Translations under genes and position numbers: made by a program
Notes under the pieces: generated by a model
The model's input: the letters and a program-made list of their open reading frames with translations, nothing else
The model's database searches: none
What the model was told of the DNA's origin: nothing
Assembly: GCA_964016885.1 (NCBI GenBank)
Contig: OZ024744.1
Location: 129,766,001-129,830,000 of the forward strand
DNA length: 64,000 nucleotides
Source: Eledone cirrhosa
Taxonomy: Eukaryota
Direction of reading: 5' to 3'
Shown: in pieces, positions 48,401-60,870 of the stretch
Position numbering within the stretch: position 1 is the stretch's first letter
How the letters are laid out: each line of letters starts with the position of its first letter

Positions 48401-51400
48401 GGGTTAACTTAAGTTGGGGTTGTGTTAAGTGGTGGTTATGTTAAGTGGTGGTTATGTTAAGTTGGGGTTAAGTTAAATTGGGGTTAAGTTAAGTTGCGGT
48501 TAAGTTAAGTTGGGGTTAAGTTAAGTTGGGGTTAAGTTAATTAGGGTTAAGTTAAGTTGGGGTTAAGTTAAGTTGGGGTTAAGTTAATTTGTTGTTAAGT
48601 TAAGTTGGGGTTAAGTTAAGTTGGGGTTAAGTTAAGTTGGGGATAAGTTAAGTTGGGGATAAGTTAAGTTGGGGTTAATTAAGTTGGGTTTAAGTTAAGT
48701 TGGGGTTAAGTTAAGTTGGGGTTAAGTTAAGTTGGGGTTAAGTTAAGTTGGTTAGTTAAGTTGAGTTTAAGTTAAGTTGGGCTTAATTTAAGTTGGGATT
48801 AAGTTAAGTTGGGGTTAAGTTAAGTTGGGGTTAAGTTAAGTTGGGGTTAAGTTAAGTTGGGGTTCAGTTAAGTTGGGGTTAAGTTAAGTTGGGGTTAAGT
48901 TGGGGTAAAATTAAGTTGGGGTTAAGTTAAGTTGGGGTTAAGTTAAGTTGGGGTTAAGTTAAGTTGCGGTTAAGTTAAGTTGAGGTTAAGTTAAGTTGGG
49001 GTTAAGTTAAGTTGGGGCTAAGTTAAGTTGGAGCTAAGTTAAGTTGGGGCTAAGTTAAGTTGGGGTTAAGTTAAGTTGGGGTTAAGTTAAGGTGGGGTTA
49101 AGTTAAGTTGGGGTCAACTTAAGTTGGGGTTAAGTTAAGTTGGGGTTAAGTTAAGTTGGGGTTAAGTTAAGTTGGGGTTAAGTTAAGTTGGGGTTAAGTT
49201 AAGTTGGGGGTCAGTTAAGTTGGTGGTAAGTTAAGTTGGGGGTAAGTTAAGATGGGGTAAAGTTAAGTTGGGGTTAATTTAATTTGGGGTTAAGTTAAGT
49301 TAGGGTTAAGTTAAGTTGGGGTTGAGTTAAGTTGGGGTTAAGTTAAGTTGGGGTTATGTTAAGTGGGGGTTAAGTTAAGTTGGGGTTAAGTTAAGTTGGG
49401 GTTCAATTAAGTTGCGGATAATTTAAGTTGGGGTTAAGTTAAGTTGGGGTTAAGTTAAGTTGGGGTTAAGTTAAGTTGGGGTTAAATTAAGTTGGGGTTA
49501 AATTAAGTTGGGGTTAAGTTAAGTTGGGGTTATGTTAAGTTGGTGTTAAGTTAAGTTGGGGTTAAGTTAAGTTGGGGTTAAGTTAGGTTGGTGTTAATTT
49601 AAGTTGGGGGTAAGTTAAGTTGGGGGTAAGTTAAGTTGGTGTTAAGTTAAGTTGGGGTTAAGTTAAGTTGGGGTTAAGTTAAGTTGGGTTTAAGTTAAGT
49701 TGGGGCTAAGTTAAGTTAGGGCTAAGTTAAGTTGGGGTTAAGTAAAGTTAGGGCTGAGTTAAGTTGGGGTTAAGTTAAGTTGGGGTTAATTTAAGTTGGG
49801 GTTACATTAAGTTGAGGTTAAGTTGTGGTTAAGTTAAGTTAGGGTTAATTTAAGTTAGGGTTATGTTAAGTTGGGGTTAAGTTAAGTTGGGGTTAAGTTA
49901 GGTTGGTGTTAAGTTAAGTTGGGGTTAAGTTAATTTGTGGTTAAGTTAAGTTGGGGTTAAGTTAAGTTGGGGTTAAGTTCAGTCGGGGTTAAGTTAAGTC
50001 GGGGTTAAGTTAAGTTGTGGTTAAGTTAAGTTGGGGTTAAGTTAAGTTGGGGTTAAAATAAGTTGGGGTTAAGTTAAGTTGGGGTTGAGTTAAGTTGGGG
50101 TTGAGTTAATTTGGGGTTAAGTTAAGTTGGGGTTAACTTAAGTTGGGTTTAATTTAAATTGGGGTTAATTTAAGTTGGGGTTAAATTAAGTTGGGGTTAA
50201 GTTAAGTTGGGGGTAAGATAAGTTGGGGTTAGTTAAGTTGCGGTTAAGTTAAGTTGGGGTAAAGTTAAGTTGGGGTTAAGTTAAGTTGGGGTTAAGTTAA
50301 GTTGGGGTTAAGTTAAGTTCGGGTTAATTTAAGTTGGGGTTAAGTTAAGTTGGGGTTAATTTAAGTTGGGGTTAATTTAAGTTGGGGTCAAGTTAAGTTG
50401 GGGTTAAGTTAAGTTGGGGTAAAGTTAAGTTGGGGTTAAGTTAAGTTGGGGTTAAGTTAAGTTGGGGTTAAGTTGGGGTTAAGTTAAGTTAGGGTTAACT
50501 TAAGTTTGGGTTGTGTTAAGTGGTGGTTATGTTAAGTGGTGGTTATGTTAAGTTGGGGTTAAGTTAAGTTGGGGTTAAGTTAAATTGGGGTTAAGTTAAG
50601 TTGCGGCTAATTTAAGTTGGGGTTAAGTTAAGTTGGGGTTAAGTTAATTAGGGTTAAGTTAAGTTGGGGTTAAGTTAAGTTGGGGTTAAGTTAAGTTGGG
50701 GTTAAGTTAAGTCGGGGTTAAGTTAAGTTAGGGTTAAGTTAAGTTGGGGTTAATTTAAGTTGGGGTTAAGTTAAGTTGAGGTTAAATTTAAGTAGGGGTT
50801 AAATTATGTTGGGGTTAAGTTAAGTTGGGGATAAGTTAAGTTGGGGATAAGTTAAGTTGGGGTTAATTAAGTTGGGTTTAAGTTAAGTTGGGGTTAAGTT
50901 AAGTTGGGTTAAGTTAAGTTGGGGTTAAGTTAAGTTGGTTAGTTAAGTTGAGTTTAAGTTAAGTTGGGCTTAATTTAAGTTGGGGTTAAGTTAATTTGGG
51001 GTTAAGTTAAGTTGGGGTTAAGTTAAGTTGGGGTTAAGTTAAGTTGGGGTTCAGTTAAGTTGGGGTTAATTTAAGTTGGGGTTAAGTTGGGGTAAAGTTA
51101 AGTTGGGGTTAAGTTAAGTTGGGGTTAAGTTAAGTTGGGGTTAAGTTAAGTTGCGGTTAAGTTAAGTTGAGGTTAAGTTAAGTTGGGGTTAAGTTAAGTT
51201 GGGGTTAAGTTAAGTTGGGGCTAAGTTAAGTTGGGGCTAAGTTAAGTTGGGGCTAAGTTAAGTTGGGGTTAAGTTAACTTTGGGTTAAGTTAAGTTGGGT
51301 TTGAGTTAAGTTGGGGTTAATTAAGTTGGGGTTAAGTTAAGTTGGGGTTAAGTTAAGTTGGGGTTAAGTTAAGTTGGGGTTAAATTAAGTTGCGGTTAAG

Positions 51401-54400
51401 TTAAGTTGATGTTAAGTTAAGTTGGGGTTAAGTTAAGTTGGGGTTAAGTTAAGTTGGGGCTAAGTTAAGTTGGGGCTAAGTTAAGTTGGGGCTAAGTTAA
51501 GTTGGGGTTAAGTTAAGGTGGGGTTCAGTTAAGTTGGGGTTAAGTTAAGTTGGGGTTAAGTTAAGTTGGGGTTAATTTAAGTTGGGGTTAAGTTAAGTTG
51601 GGGTTGAGTTAAGTTGGGGTTGAGTGAAGTTGGGGTTAAGTTAAGTTGGGGTTAAATTAAGTTGGGGTTAAGTTAAGTTGGGGTTAATTTAAGTTGGGGT
51701 TAAGTTAAGTTGGGGTTAAATTCAGTCGGGGTTAAGTTAAGTCGGGGTTAAGTTACGTTTGGGTTAAGTTAAGTTGGGGTTAAGTTAAGTTGGGGTTGAG
51801 TTAAGTTGGGGTTAAGTTAAGTTGGGGTTAAAATAAGTTGGGGTTAAGTTAAGTTGGGGTTGAGTTAAGTTGGGGTTGAGTTAATTTGGGGTTAAGTTAC
51901 GTTGGGGTTAACTTAAGTTGGGTTTAATTTAAGTTGGGGTTAAGTTAAGTTGGGGTTAAATTAAGTTGGGTTTAAGTTAAGTTGGGGGTAAGATAAGTTG
52001 GGGTTAGTTAAGTTGCGGTTAAGTTAAGTTGGGGTTAAGTTAAGTTGGGGTTAAGTTAAGTTGGGGTTAAGTTAAGTTGGGGTTAATTTAAGTTGGGGTT
52101 AAGTTAAGTTGGGGTTAATTTAAGTTGGGGTTAATTTAAGTTGGGGTTAAGTTAAGTTGGGGTTAAGTTAAGTTGGGGTAAAGTTAAGTTGGGGGTAAGT
52201 TAAGTTGGGGTTAAGTTAAGTTGGGGTTAAGTTGGGGTTAAGTTAAGTTAGGGTTAACTTAAGTTGGGGTTGTGTTAAGTGGTGGTTATGTTAAGTGGTG
52301 GTTATGTTAAGTTGGGGTTAAGTTAAATTGGGGTTAAGTTAAGTTGCGGTTAAGTTAAGTTGGGGTTAAGTTAAGTTGGGGTTAAGTTAATTAGGGTTAA
52401 GTTAAGTTGGGGTTAAGTTAAGTTGGGGTTAAGTTAATTTGTTGTTAAGTTAAGTTGGGGTTAAGTTAAGTTGGGGTTAAGTTAAGTTGGGGATAAGTTA
52501 AGTTGGGGATAAGTTAAGTTGGGGTTAATTAAGTTGGGTTTAAGTTAAGTTGGGGTTAAGTTAAGTTGGGGTTAAGTTAAGTTGGGGTTAAGTTAAGTTG
52601 GTTAGTTAAGTTGAGTTTAAGTTAAGTTGGGCTTAATTTAAGTTGGGATTAAGTTAAGTTGGGGTTAAGTTAAGTTGGGGTTAAGTTAAGTTGGGGTTAA
52701 GTTAAGTTGGGGTTCAGTTAAGTTGGGGTTAAGTTAAGTTGGGGTTAAGTTGGGGTAAAATTAAGTTGGGGTTAAGTTAAGTTGGGGTTAAGTTAAGTTG
52801 GGGTTAAGTTAAGTTGCGGTTAAGTTAAGTTGAGGTTAAGTTAAGTTGGGGTTAAGTTAAGTTGGGGCTAAGTTAAGTTGGAGCTAAGTTAAGTTGGGGC
52901 TAAGTTAAGTTGGGGTTAAGTTAAGTTGGGGTTAAGTTAAGGTGGGGTTAAGTTAAGTTGGGGTCAACTTAAGTTGGGGTTAAGTTAAGTTGGGGTTAAG
53001 TTAAGTTGGGGTTAAGTTAAGTTGGGGTTAAGTTAAGTTGGGGTTAAGTTAAGTTGGGGGTCAGTTAAGTTGGTGGTAAGTTAAGTTGGGGGTAAGTTAA
53101 GATGGGGTAAAGTTAAGTTGGGGTTAATTTAATTTGGGGTTAAGTTAAGTTAGGGTTAAGTTAAGTTGGGGTTGAGTTAAGTTGGGGTTAAGTTAAGTTG
53201 GGGTTATGTTAAGTGGGGGTTAAGTTAAGTTGGGGTTAAGTTAAGTTGGGGTTCAATTAAGTTGCGGATAATTTAAGTTGGGGTTAAGTTAAGTTGGGGT
53301 TAAGTTAAGTTGGGGTTAAGTTAAGTTGGGGTTAAATTAAGTTGGGGTTAAATTAAGTTGGGGTTAAGTTAAGTTGGGGTTATGTTAAGTTGGTGTTAAG
53401 TTAAGTTGGGGTTAAGTTAAGTTGGGGTTAAGTTAGGTTGGTGTTAATTTAAGTTGGGGGTAAGTTAAGTTGGGGGTAAGTTAAGTTGGTGTTAAGTTAA
53501 GTTGGGGTTAAGTTAAGTTGGGGTTAAGTTAAGTTGGGTTTAAGTTAAGTTGGGGCTAAGTTAAGTTAGGGCTAAGTTAAGTTGGGGTTAAGTAAAGTTA
53601 GGGCTAAGTTAAGTTGGGGTTAAGTTAAGTTGGGGTTAATTTAAGTTGGGGTTACATTAAGTTGAGGTTAAGTTGTGGTTAAGTTAAGTTAGGGTTAATT
53701 TAAGTTAGGGTTATGTTAAGTTGGGGTTAAGTTAAGTTGGGGTTAAGTTAGGTTGGTGTTAAGTTAAGTTGGGGTTAAGTTAATTTGTGGTTAAGTTAAG
53801 TTGGGGTTAAGTTAAGTTGGGGTTAAGTTCAGTCGGGGTTAAGTTAAGTCGGGGTTAAGTTAAGTTGTGGTTAAGTTAAGTTGGGGTTAAGTTAAGTTGG
53901 GGTTAAAATAAGTTGGGGTTAAGTTAAGTTGGGGTTGAGTTAAGTTGGGGTTGAGTTAATTTGGGGTTAAGTTAAGTTGGGGTTAACTTAAGTTGGGTTT
54001 AATTTAAATTGGGGTTAATTTAAGTTGGGGTTAAATTAAGTTGGGGTTAAGTTAAGTTGGGGGTAAGATAAGTTGGGGTTAGTTAAGTTGCGGTTAAGTT
54101 AAGTTGGGGTAAAGTTAAGTTGGGGTTAAGTTAAGTTGGGGTTAAGTTAAGTTGGGGTTAAGTTAAGTTCGGGTTAATTTAAGTTGGGGTTAAGTTAAGT
54201 TGGGGTTAATTTAAGTTGGGGTTAATTTAAGTTGGGGTCAAGTTAAGTTGGGGTTAAGTTAAGTTGGGGTAAAGTTAAGTTGGGGTTAAGTTAAGTTGGG
54301 GTTAAGTTAAGTTGGGGTTAAGTTGGGGTTAAGTTAAGTTAGGGTTAACTTAAGTTTGGGTTGTGTTAAGTGGTGGTTATGTTAAGTGGTGGTTATGTTA

Positions 54401-55400
54401 AGTTGGGGTTAAGTTAAGTTGGGGTTAAGTTAAATTGGGGTTAAGTTAAGTTGCGGCTAATTTAAGTTGGGGTTAAGTTAAGTTGGGGTTAAGTTAATTA
54501 GGGTTAAGTTAAGTTGGGGTTAAGTTAAGTTGGGGTTAAGTTAAGTTGGGGTTAAGTTAAGTCGGGGTTAAGTTAAGTTAGGGTTAAGTTAAGTTGGGGT
54601 TAATTTAAGTTGGGGTTAAGTTAAGTTGAGGTTAAATTTAAGTAGGGGTTAAATTATGTTGGGGTTAAGTTAAGTTGGGGATAAGTTAAGTTGGGGATAA
54701 GTTAAGTTGGGGTTAATTAAGTTGGGTTTAAGTTAAGTTGGGGTTAAGTTAAGTTGGGTTAAGTTAAGTTGGGGTTAAGTTAAGTTGGTTAGTTAAGTTG
54801 AGTTTAAGTTAAGTTGGGCTTAATTTAAGTTGGGGTTAAGTTAATTTGGGGTTAAGTTAAGTTGGGGTTAAGTTAAGTTGGGGTTAAGTTAAGTTGGGGT
54901 TCAGTTAAGTTGGGGTTAATTTAAGTTGGGGTTAAGTTGGGGTAAAGTTAAGTTGGGGTTAAGTTAAGTTGGGATTAAGTTAAGTTGGGGTTAAGTTAAG
55001 TTGCGGTTAAGTTAAGTTGAGGTTAAGTTAAGTTGGGGTTAAGTTAAGTTGGGGTTAAGTTAAGTTGGGGCTAAGTTAAGTTGGGGCTAAGTTAAGTTGG
55101 GGCTAAGTTAAGTTGGGGTTAAGTTAACTTTGGGTTAAGTTAAGTTGGGTTTGAGTTAAGTTGGGGTTAATTAAGTTGGGGTTAAGTTAAGTTGGGGTTA
55201 AGTTAAGTTGGGGTTAAGTTAAGTTGGGGTTAAATTAAGTTGCGGTTAAGTTAAGTTGATGTTAAGTTAAGTTGGGGTTAAGTTAAGTTGGGGTTAAGTT
55301 AAGTTGGGGCTAAGTTAAGTTGGGGCTAAGTTAAGTTGGGGCTAAGTTAAGTTGGGGTTAAGTTAAGGTGGGGTTCAGTTAAGTTGGGGTTAAGTTAAGT
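42465..55400 (+). repeat. Three-copy 3850-bp higher-order repeat; the middle copy is expanded to 5242 bp
   Basis: TTACGTTTGGG at 42664/46514/51756 (3850, 5242); GCGGCTAATT at 45365/50607/54457 (5242, 3850); GGTGGGGTTCAG at 46284/51526/55376. Confidence 0.92.
46586..49480 (+). repeat. Partial internal duplication (1392 bp + 1504 bp) within the middle 3850-bp unit
   Basis: TTAAAATAAG restarts at 46586/47978 (1392); TTGGGATTAAG 47294/48798 (1504). The first copy lacks 7 monomers (112 bp) near 46770, and 3850-112+1504=5242. Confidence 0.85.
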
Positions 55401-55479
55401 TGGGGTTAAGTTAAGTTGGGGTTAAGTTAAGTTGGGGTTAAGTTAAGTTGGGGTTACGTTAAGTTGGGGGTAAGTTAAG

Positions 55480-56660
55480 TTGGTGGTAAGTTAAGTTGGG
55501 GGTAAGTTAAGATGGGGTTAAGTTAAGTTGGGGTTAATTTAAGTTGGGGTTAAGTTAAGTTGGGGTTAAGTTAAGTTGGGGTTAAGTTAAGTTGGGGTTA
55601 AGTTAAGTTGGGGTTAAATTAAGTTGGGGTTAAATTAAGTTGGGGTTAAGTTAAGTTGGGGTTATGTTAAGTTGGTGTTAAGTTAAGTTGGGGTTAAGTT
55701 AAGTTGGGGTTAAGTTAGGTTGGTGTTAAGTTAAGTTGGGGTTAAGTTAAGTTGGGGTTAAGTTATGTTGGGTTTAAGTTAAGTTGGGGCTAAGTTAAGT
55801 TAGGGCTAAGTTAAGTTGGGGTTAAGTAAAGTTAGGGCTAAGTTAATTTGGGGTTAAGTTAAGTTGGGGTTAAGTTAAGTTGGGTTTAAGTTAAGTTGGG
55901 GTTAAGTTAAGTTGGGTTTAAATTAAGTTGGGGTTAATCTAAGTTGGGGTTAAGTTAAATTGAGGTTAAGTTAAGTTGGGGTTAATTTAAGTTGGGGTTA
56001 AGCTAAGTTGGGGTTAAGTTAAATTGAGGTTAAGTTAAGTTGGGGTTAAGTTAAGTTGGGCTTAATTTAAGTTGGGGCTAAGTAAAGTTGGGGCTAAGTT
56101 AAGTGGGGGTTAAGTTAAGTTAGGGTTGAGTTAAGTTGGGGTTAAGTTAACTTTGGGTTAAGTTAAGTTGGGTTTGAGTTAAGTTGGGGTTAATTAAGTT
56201 GGGGTTAAGTTAAGTTGGGGTTAAGTTAAGTTGGGGTTAAGTTAAGTTGGGGTTAAGTTAAGTTGCGGTTAAGTTAAGTTGAGGTTAAGTTAAGTTGGGG
56301 TTAAGTTAAGTTGGGGTTAAGTTAAGTGGGGCTAAGTTAAGTTGGGGCTAAGTTAAGTTGGGGCTTAGTTAAGTTGGGGTTAAGTTAAGTTGGGGTTAAG
56401 TTAAGGTGGGGTTTAGTTAAGTTGGGGTCAACTAAAGTTGGGGTTAAGTTAAGTTGGGGTTCACTTAAGTTGGGGTTAATCTAAGTTGGGGTTAAGTTAG
56501 GTTGGGGTTTATTTAAGTTGGGGTTCAGTTAATTTGGGGTTAAGTTAAGTTTGGGTTAAGTTGGGGTTAAATTAAGTTGGGGTTAAGTTAAGTTGGGGTT
56601 AAGTTACGTTGGGGTTAATTTAAGTTGGGGTTAAGTTAATTTGCGGGTAATTTAAGTTGG
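55480..56660 (+). repeat. Diverged copy (~16 kb offset) of block 39300-40680
   Basis: TTAATCTAAG 39962/55939 (15977) and TTCACTTAAG 40486/56462 (15976). The TTAAGCTAAG, TCAACTAAAG and TTTATTTAAG variants occur in the same order. Confidence 0.8.
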
Positions 56661-58779
56661 GGTTAAGTTAAGTTGGGGTTAAGTTAAGTTGGGGTTAAGT
56701 TAAGTTGGAGGTAAGTTAAGTTGGGGGTAAGTTAACTTGGGAGTAAGTTAAGTTGGGGTTAAGTTAAGTTGGGGTTAAGTTAAGTTGGGGTTAAGTTAAG
56801 TTAGGGTTAAGTTAAGTTGGGGTTGAGTTAAGTTGGGGTTAAGTTAAGTTGGGGTTATGTTAAGTTGGGGTTAAGTTAAATTGGGGTTAATTTAACTTTG
56901 TGGTTAAGTTAAGTTGGGGTTAAGTTAAGTTGGGGTTAAGTTAAGTTGGGGTTAATTTAAGTTGCGGATAAGTTAAGTTGAGGTTAAGTTAAGTTGGGGT
57001 TAAGTTAAGTTGGGGTTAAGTTAAGTTGGGGCTAAGTTAAGTTGGGGCTAAGTTAAGTTGGGGCTTAGTTAAGTTGGGGTTAAGTTAAGTTGGGGTTAAG
57101 TTAAGGTGGGGTTTAGTTAAGTTGGGGTCAACTAAAGTTGGGGTTAAGTTAAGTTGGGGTTTATTTAAGTTGGGGTTCAGTTAATTTGGGGTTAAGTTAA
57201 GTTTGGGTTAAGTTGGGGTTAAATTAAGTTGGGGTTAAGTTAAGTTGGTGTTAATTTAAGTTGGGGTTAAGTTAAGTTGGGGTTAAGTTAAGTTGGGGTT
57301 AAGTTGAGTTGGGGTAAAGTTAAGTTGGGGTTAAGTTAAGTTGGGGTTAATTTAAGTTGGGGTTAAGTTAAGTTGGGGTTAATTTAAGTTGGGGTTAATT
57401 TAAGTTGGGGTTAAGTTAAGTTGGGGTTAAGTTAAGTTGGGGTTAAGTTAAGTTGGGGGTAAGTTAAGTTGGGGTTAAGTTAAGTTGGGGTTAAGTTGGG
57501 GTTAAGTTAAGTTAGGGTTAACTTAAGTTGGGGTTAAGTTAAGTGGTGGTTATGTTAAGTGGTGGTTATGTTAACTTGGGGTTAAGTTAAGTTGAGGTTA
57601 AGTTAAATTGGGGTTAAGTTAAGTTGCGGTTAAGTTAAGTTGGGGTTAAGTTAAGTTGGGGTTAAGTTAATTAGGGTTAAGTTAAGTTGGGGTTAAGTTA
57701 AGTTGGGGTTAAGTTAAGTTGCGGTTAAGTTAAGTTGGCGTTAAGTTAAGTTGGGGTTAAGTTAAGTTGGGATTAAGTTAAGTTGGGGTTAAGTTAAGTT
57801 GGGGTTAAGTTAAGTTGGGGTTAAGTTAGATTGTTGTTAAGTTACGTTGGGGTTAATTTAAGTTGGGGTTAAGTTAAGTTGGGGTTAATTTAAGTTGGGG
57901 TTAAGTTAAGTCGGGGTTAAGTTGAGTTGGGGTTAGGTTAAGTTGGGGTTAAGTTAAGTTGGGGTTAAGTTAAGTTGGGGTTAAGATAAGTTGGGGTTAA
58001 GTTAAGTTGGGGTTGAGTTAAGTTGGGGTTGAGTTAATTTGGGGTTAACTTAAGTTGGGGTTAACTTAAGTCGGGATTAAGTTAAGTGGGGGTTAAGTTA
58101 AGTTGGGGTTAAATTAAGTTCGGGTTAAGTTAAGTTGGGGTTAAGTTAAGTTGGGGTTAAGTTAGGTTGGGGTTAAGTTAAGTTGGGGGTAAGTTAAGTT
58201 GGGGGTAAGTTAAGTCGGGGGTAATTTCAGTTGGGGTTAAGTTAAGTTGGGGTTGAGTTAAGTTGGGGCTAAGTTAAGTTGGGGTTATGTTAAGTTGGGG
58301 TTAATTTAAGTTGGGGTTAAGTTAAGTTGGGGTTCAATTAAGTTGCGGTTAATTTAAGTTGGGGTTAAGTTAAGTTGGGGTTAAGTTAAGTTGGGGTTAA
58401 GTTAAGTTGGGATTAATTTAAGTTGGGGTTAAGTTAAGTTGGGGTTAAGTTAAGTTGGGGTTAAATTAAGTTGGGGTTAAGTTAAGTTGGGGTTAAGTTA
58501 AGTTGGGGTTAAGTTAAGTTGGGGTTAAGTTAATTTGTGGTTAAGTTAAGTTGGGGTTAAGTTAAGTTGGGGTTAAGTTCAGTCGGGGTTAAGTTAAGTC
58601 GGGGTTAAGTTAAGTTGGGGTTGAGTTAAGTTGGGGTTAAGTTAAGTTGGGGTTAAGATAAGTTGGGGTTAAGTTAAGTTGGGGTTGAGTTAAGTTGGGG
58701 TTGAGTTAATTTGGGGTTAAGTTAAGTTGGAGTTAACTTAAGTTGGGTTTAAGTTAAGTTGGGGTTAAGTTAAGTTGGG

Positions 58780-60870
58780 GTTAAATTAAGTTGGGGTTAA
58801 GTTAAGTTGGGGGTAAGATAAGTTGGTGTTAGTTAAGTTGCGGTTAAGTTAAGTTGAGGTTAAGTTAAGTAGGGGTTAAATTATGTTGGGGTTAAGTTAA
58901 GTTCGGGTTAAGTTAAGTTGGGGTTAAGTTGAGTTGGGGATAAGTTAAGTTGGGGATAAATTAAGTTGGGGTTAAGTTAAGTTGGGTTTAAGTTAAGTTT
59001 GGGTTAAGTTAAGTTGGGGTTAAGTTAAGTTGGGGTTAAGTTAAGTTGGTTAGTTAAGTTGAGTTTAAGTTAAGTTGGGGTTAATTTAAGTTGGGGTTAA
59101 GTTAAGTTGGGCTTAAGTTAAGTTGGGGTTAAGTTAAGTTGGGGTTAAGTTAAGTTGCGGTTAAGTTAAGTTGAGGTTAAGTTAAGTTGGGGTTAAGTTA
59201 AGTTGGGGCTAAGTTAAGTTGGGGCTAAGTTAAGTTGGGGCTAAGTTAAGTTGGGGTTAAGTTAACTTTGGGTTAAGTTAATTTGGGTTTGAGTTAAGTT
59301 GGGGTTAATTAAGTTGGGGTTAAGTTAAGTTGGGGTTAAGTTAAGTTGGGGTTAAGTTAAGTTGCGGTTAATTTAAGTTGATGTTAAGTTAAGTTGATGT
59401 TAAGTTAAGTTGGGGTTAAGTTAAGTCGGGGTTAAGTTAAGGTGGGGTTAAGTTAAGTTGGGGTCAACTAAAGTTGGGGTTAAGTTAAGTTGGGGTTAAC
59501 TTAAGTTGGGGTTAAGTTAAGTTGGGGTTAAGTTGGGGTTAAATTAAGTTGGGGTTAAGTTAAGTTGGGGTTAAGTTAAATGGGGTTAAGTTAAGTTGCG
59601 GGTAATTTAAGTTGGGGTTAAGTTAAGTTGGGGTTAAGTTAAGTTGGGGGTAAGTTAAGTTGGGGGTAAGTTAAGTTGGGGGTAAGTTAAGTTGGGGTTA
59701 AGTTAAGTTGGGGTTAAGTTAAGTTGGGGTTAAGTTAAGTTAGGGTTAAGTTAAGTTGGGGTTGAATTAAGTTGGGGTTAAGTTAAGTTGGGGTTATGTT
59801 AAGTTGGGGTTAAGTTAAGTTGGGGTTAAATTAAGTTGGGGTTAAGTTAAGTTGGGGGTAAGATAAGTTGGTGTTAGTTAAGTTGCGGTTAAGTTAAGTT
59901 GAGGTTAAGTTAAGTAGGGGTTAAATTATGTTGGGGTTAAGTTAAGTTCGGGTTAAGTTAAGTTGGGGTTAAGTTGAGTTGGGGATAAGTTAAGTTGGGG
60001 ATAAATTAAGTTGGGGTTAAGTTAAGTTGGGTTTAAGTTAAGTTTGGGTTAAGTTAAGTTGGGGTTAAGTTAAGTTGGGGTTAAGTTAAGTTGGTTAGTT
60101 AAGTTGAGTTTAAGTTAAGTTGGGGTTAATTTAAGTTGGGGTTAAGTTAAGTTGGGCTTAAGTTAAGTTGGGGTTAAGTTAAGTTGGGGTTAAGTTAAGT
60201 TGCGGTTAAGTTAAGTTGAGGTTAAGTTAAGTTGGGGTTAAGTTAAGTTGGGGCTAAGTTAAGTTGGGGCTAAGTTAAGTTGGGGCTAAGTTAAGTTGGG
60301 GTTAAGTTAACTTTGGGTTAAGTTAATTTGGGTTTGAGTTAAGTTGGGGTTAATTAAGTTGGGGTTAAGTTAAGTTGGGGTTAAGTTAAGTTGGGGTTAA
60401 GTTAAGTTGCGGTTAATTTAAGTTGATGTTAAGTTAAGTTGATGTTAAGTTAAGTTGGGGTTAAGTTAAGTCGGGGTTAAGTTAAGGTGGGGTTAAGTTA
60501 AGTTGGGGTCAACTAAAGTTGGGGTTAAGTTAAGTTGGGGTTAACTTAAGTTGGGGTTAAGTTAAGTTGGGGTTAAGTTGGGGTTAAATTAAGTTGGGGT
60601 TAAGTTAAGTTGGGGTTAAGTTAAATGGGGTTAAGTTAAGTTGCGGGTAATTTAAGTTGGGGTTAAGTTAAGTTGGGGTTAAGTTAAGTTGGGGGTAAGT
60701 TAAGTTGGGGGTAAGTTAAGTTGGGGGTAAGTTAAGTTGGGGTTAAGTTAAGTTGGGGTTAAGTTAAGTTGGGGTTAAGTTAAGTTAGGGTTAAGTTAAG
60801 TTGGGGTTGAATTAAGTTGGGGTTAAGTTAAGTTGGGGTTATGTTAAGTTGGGGTTAAGTTAAGTTGGGG
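58780..60870 (+). repeat. 1045-bp near-identical tandem duplication
   Basis: GATAAGTTGGTG 58817/59862 and TTGAATTAAG 59762/60807, both offset 1045. Confidence 0.9.
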
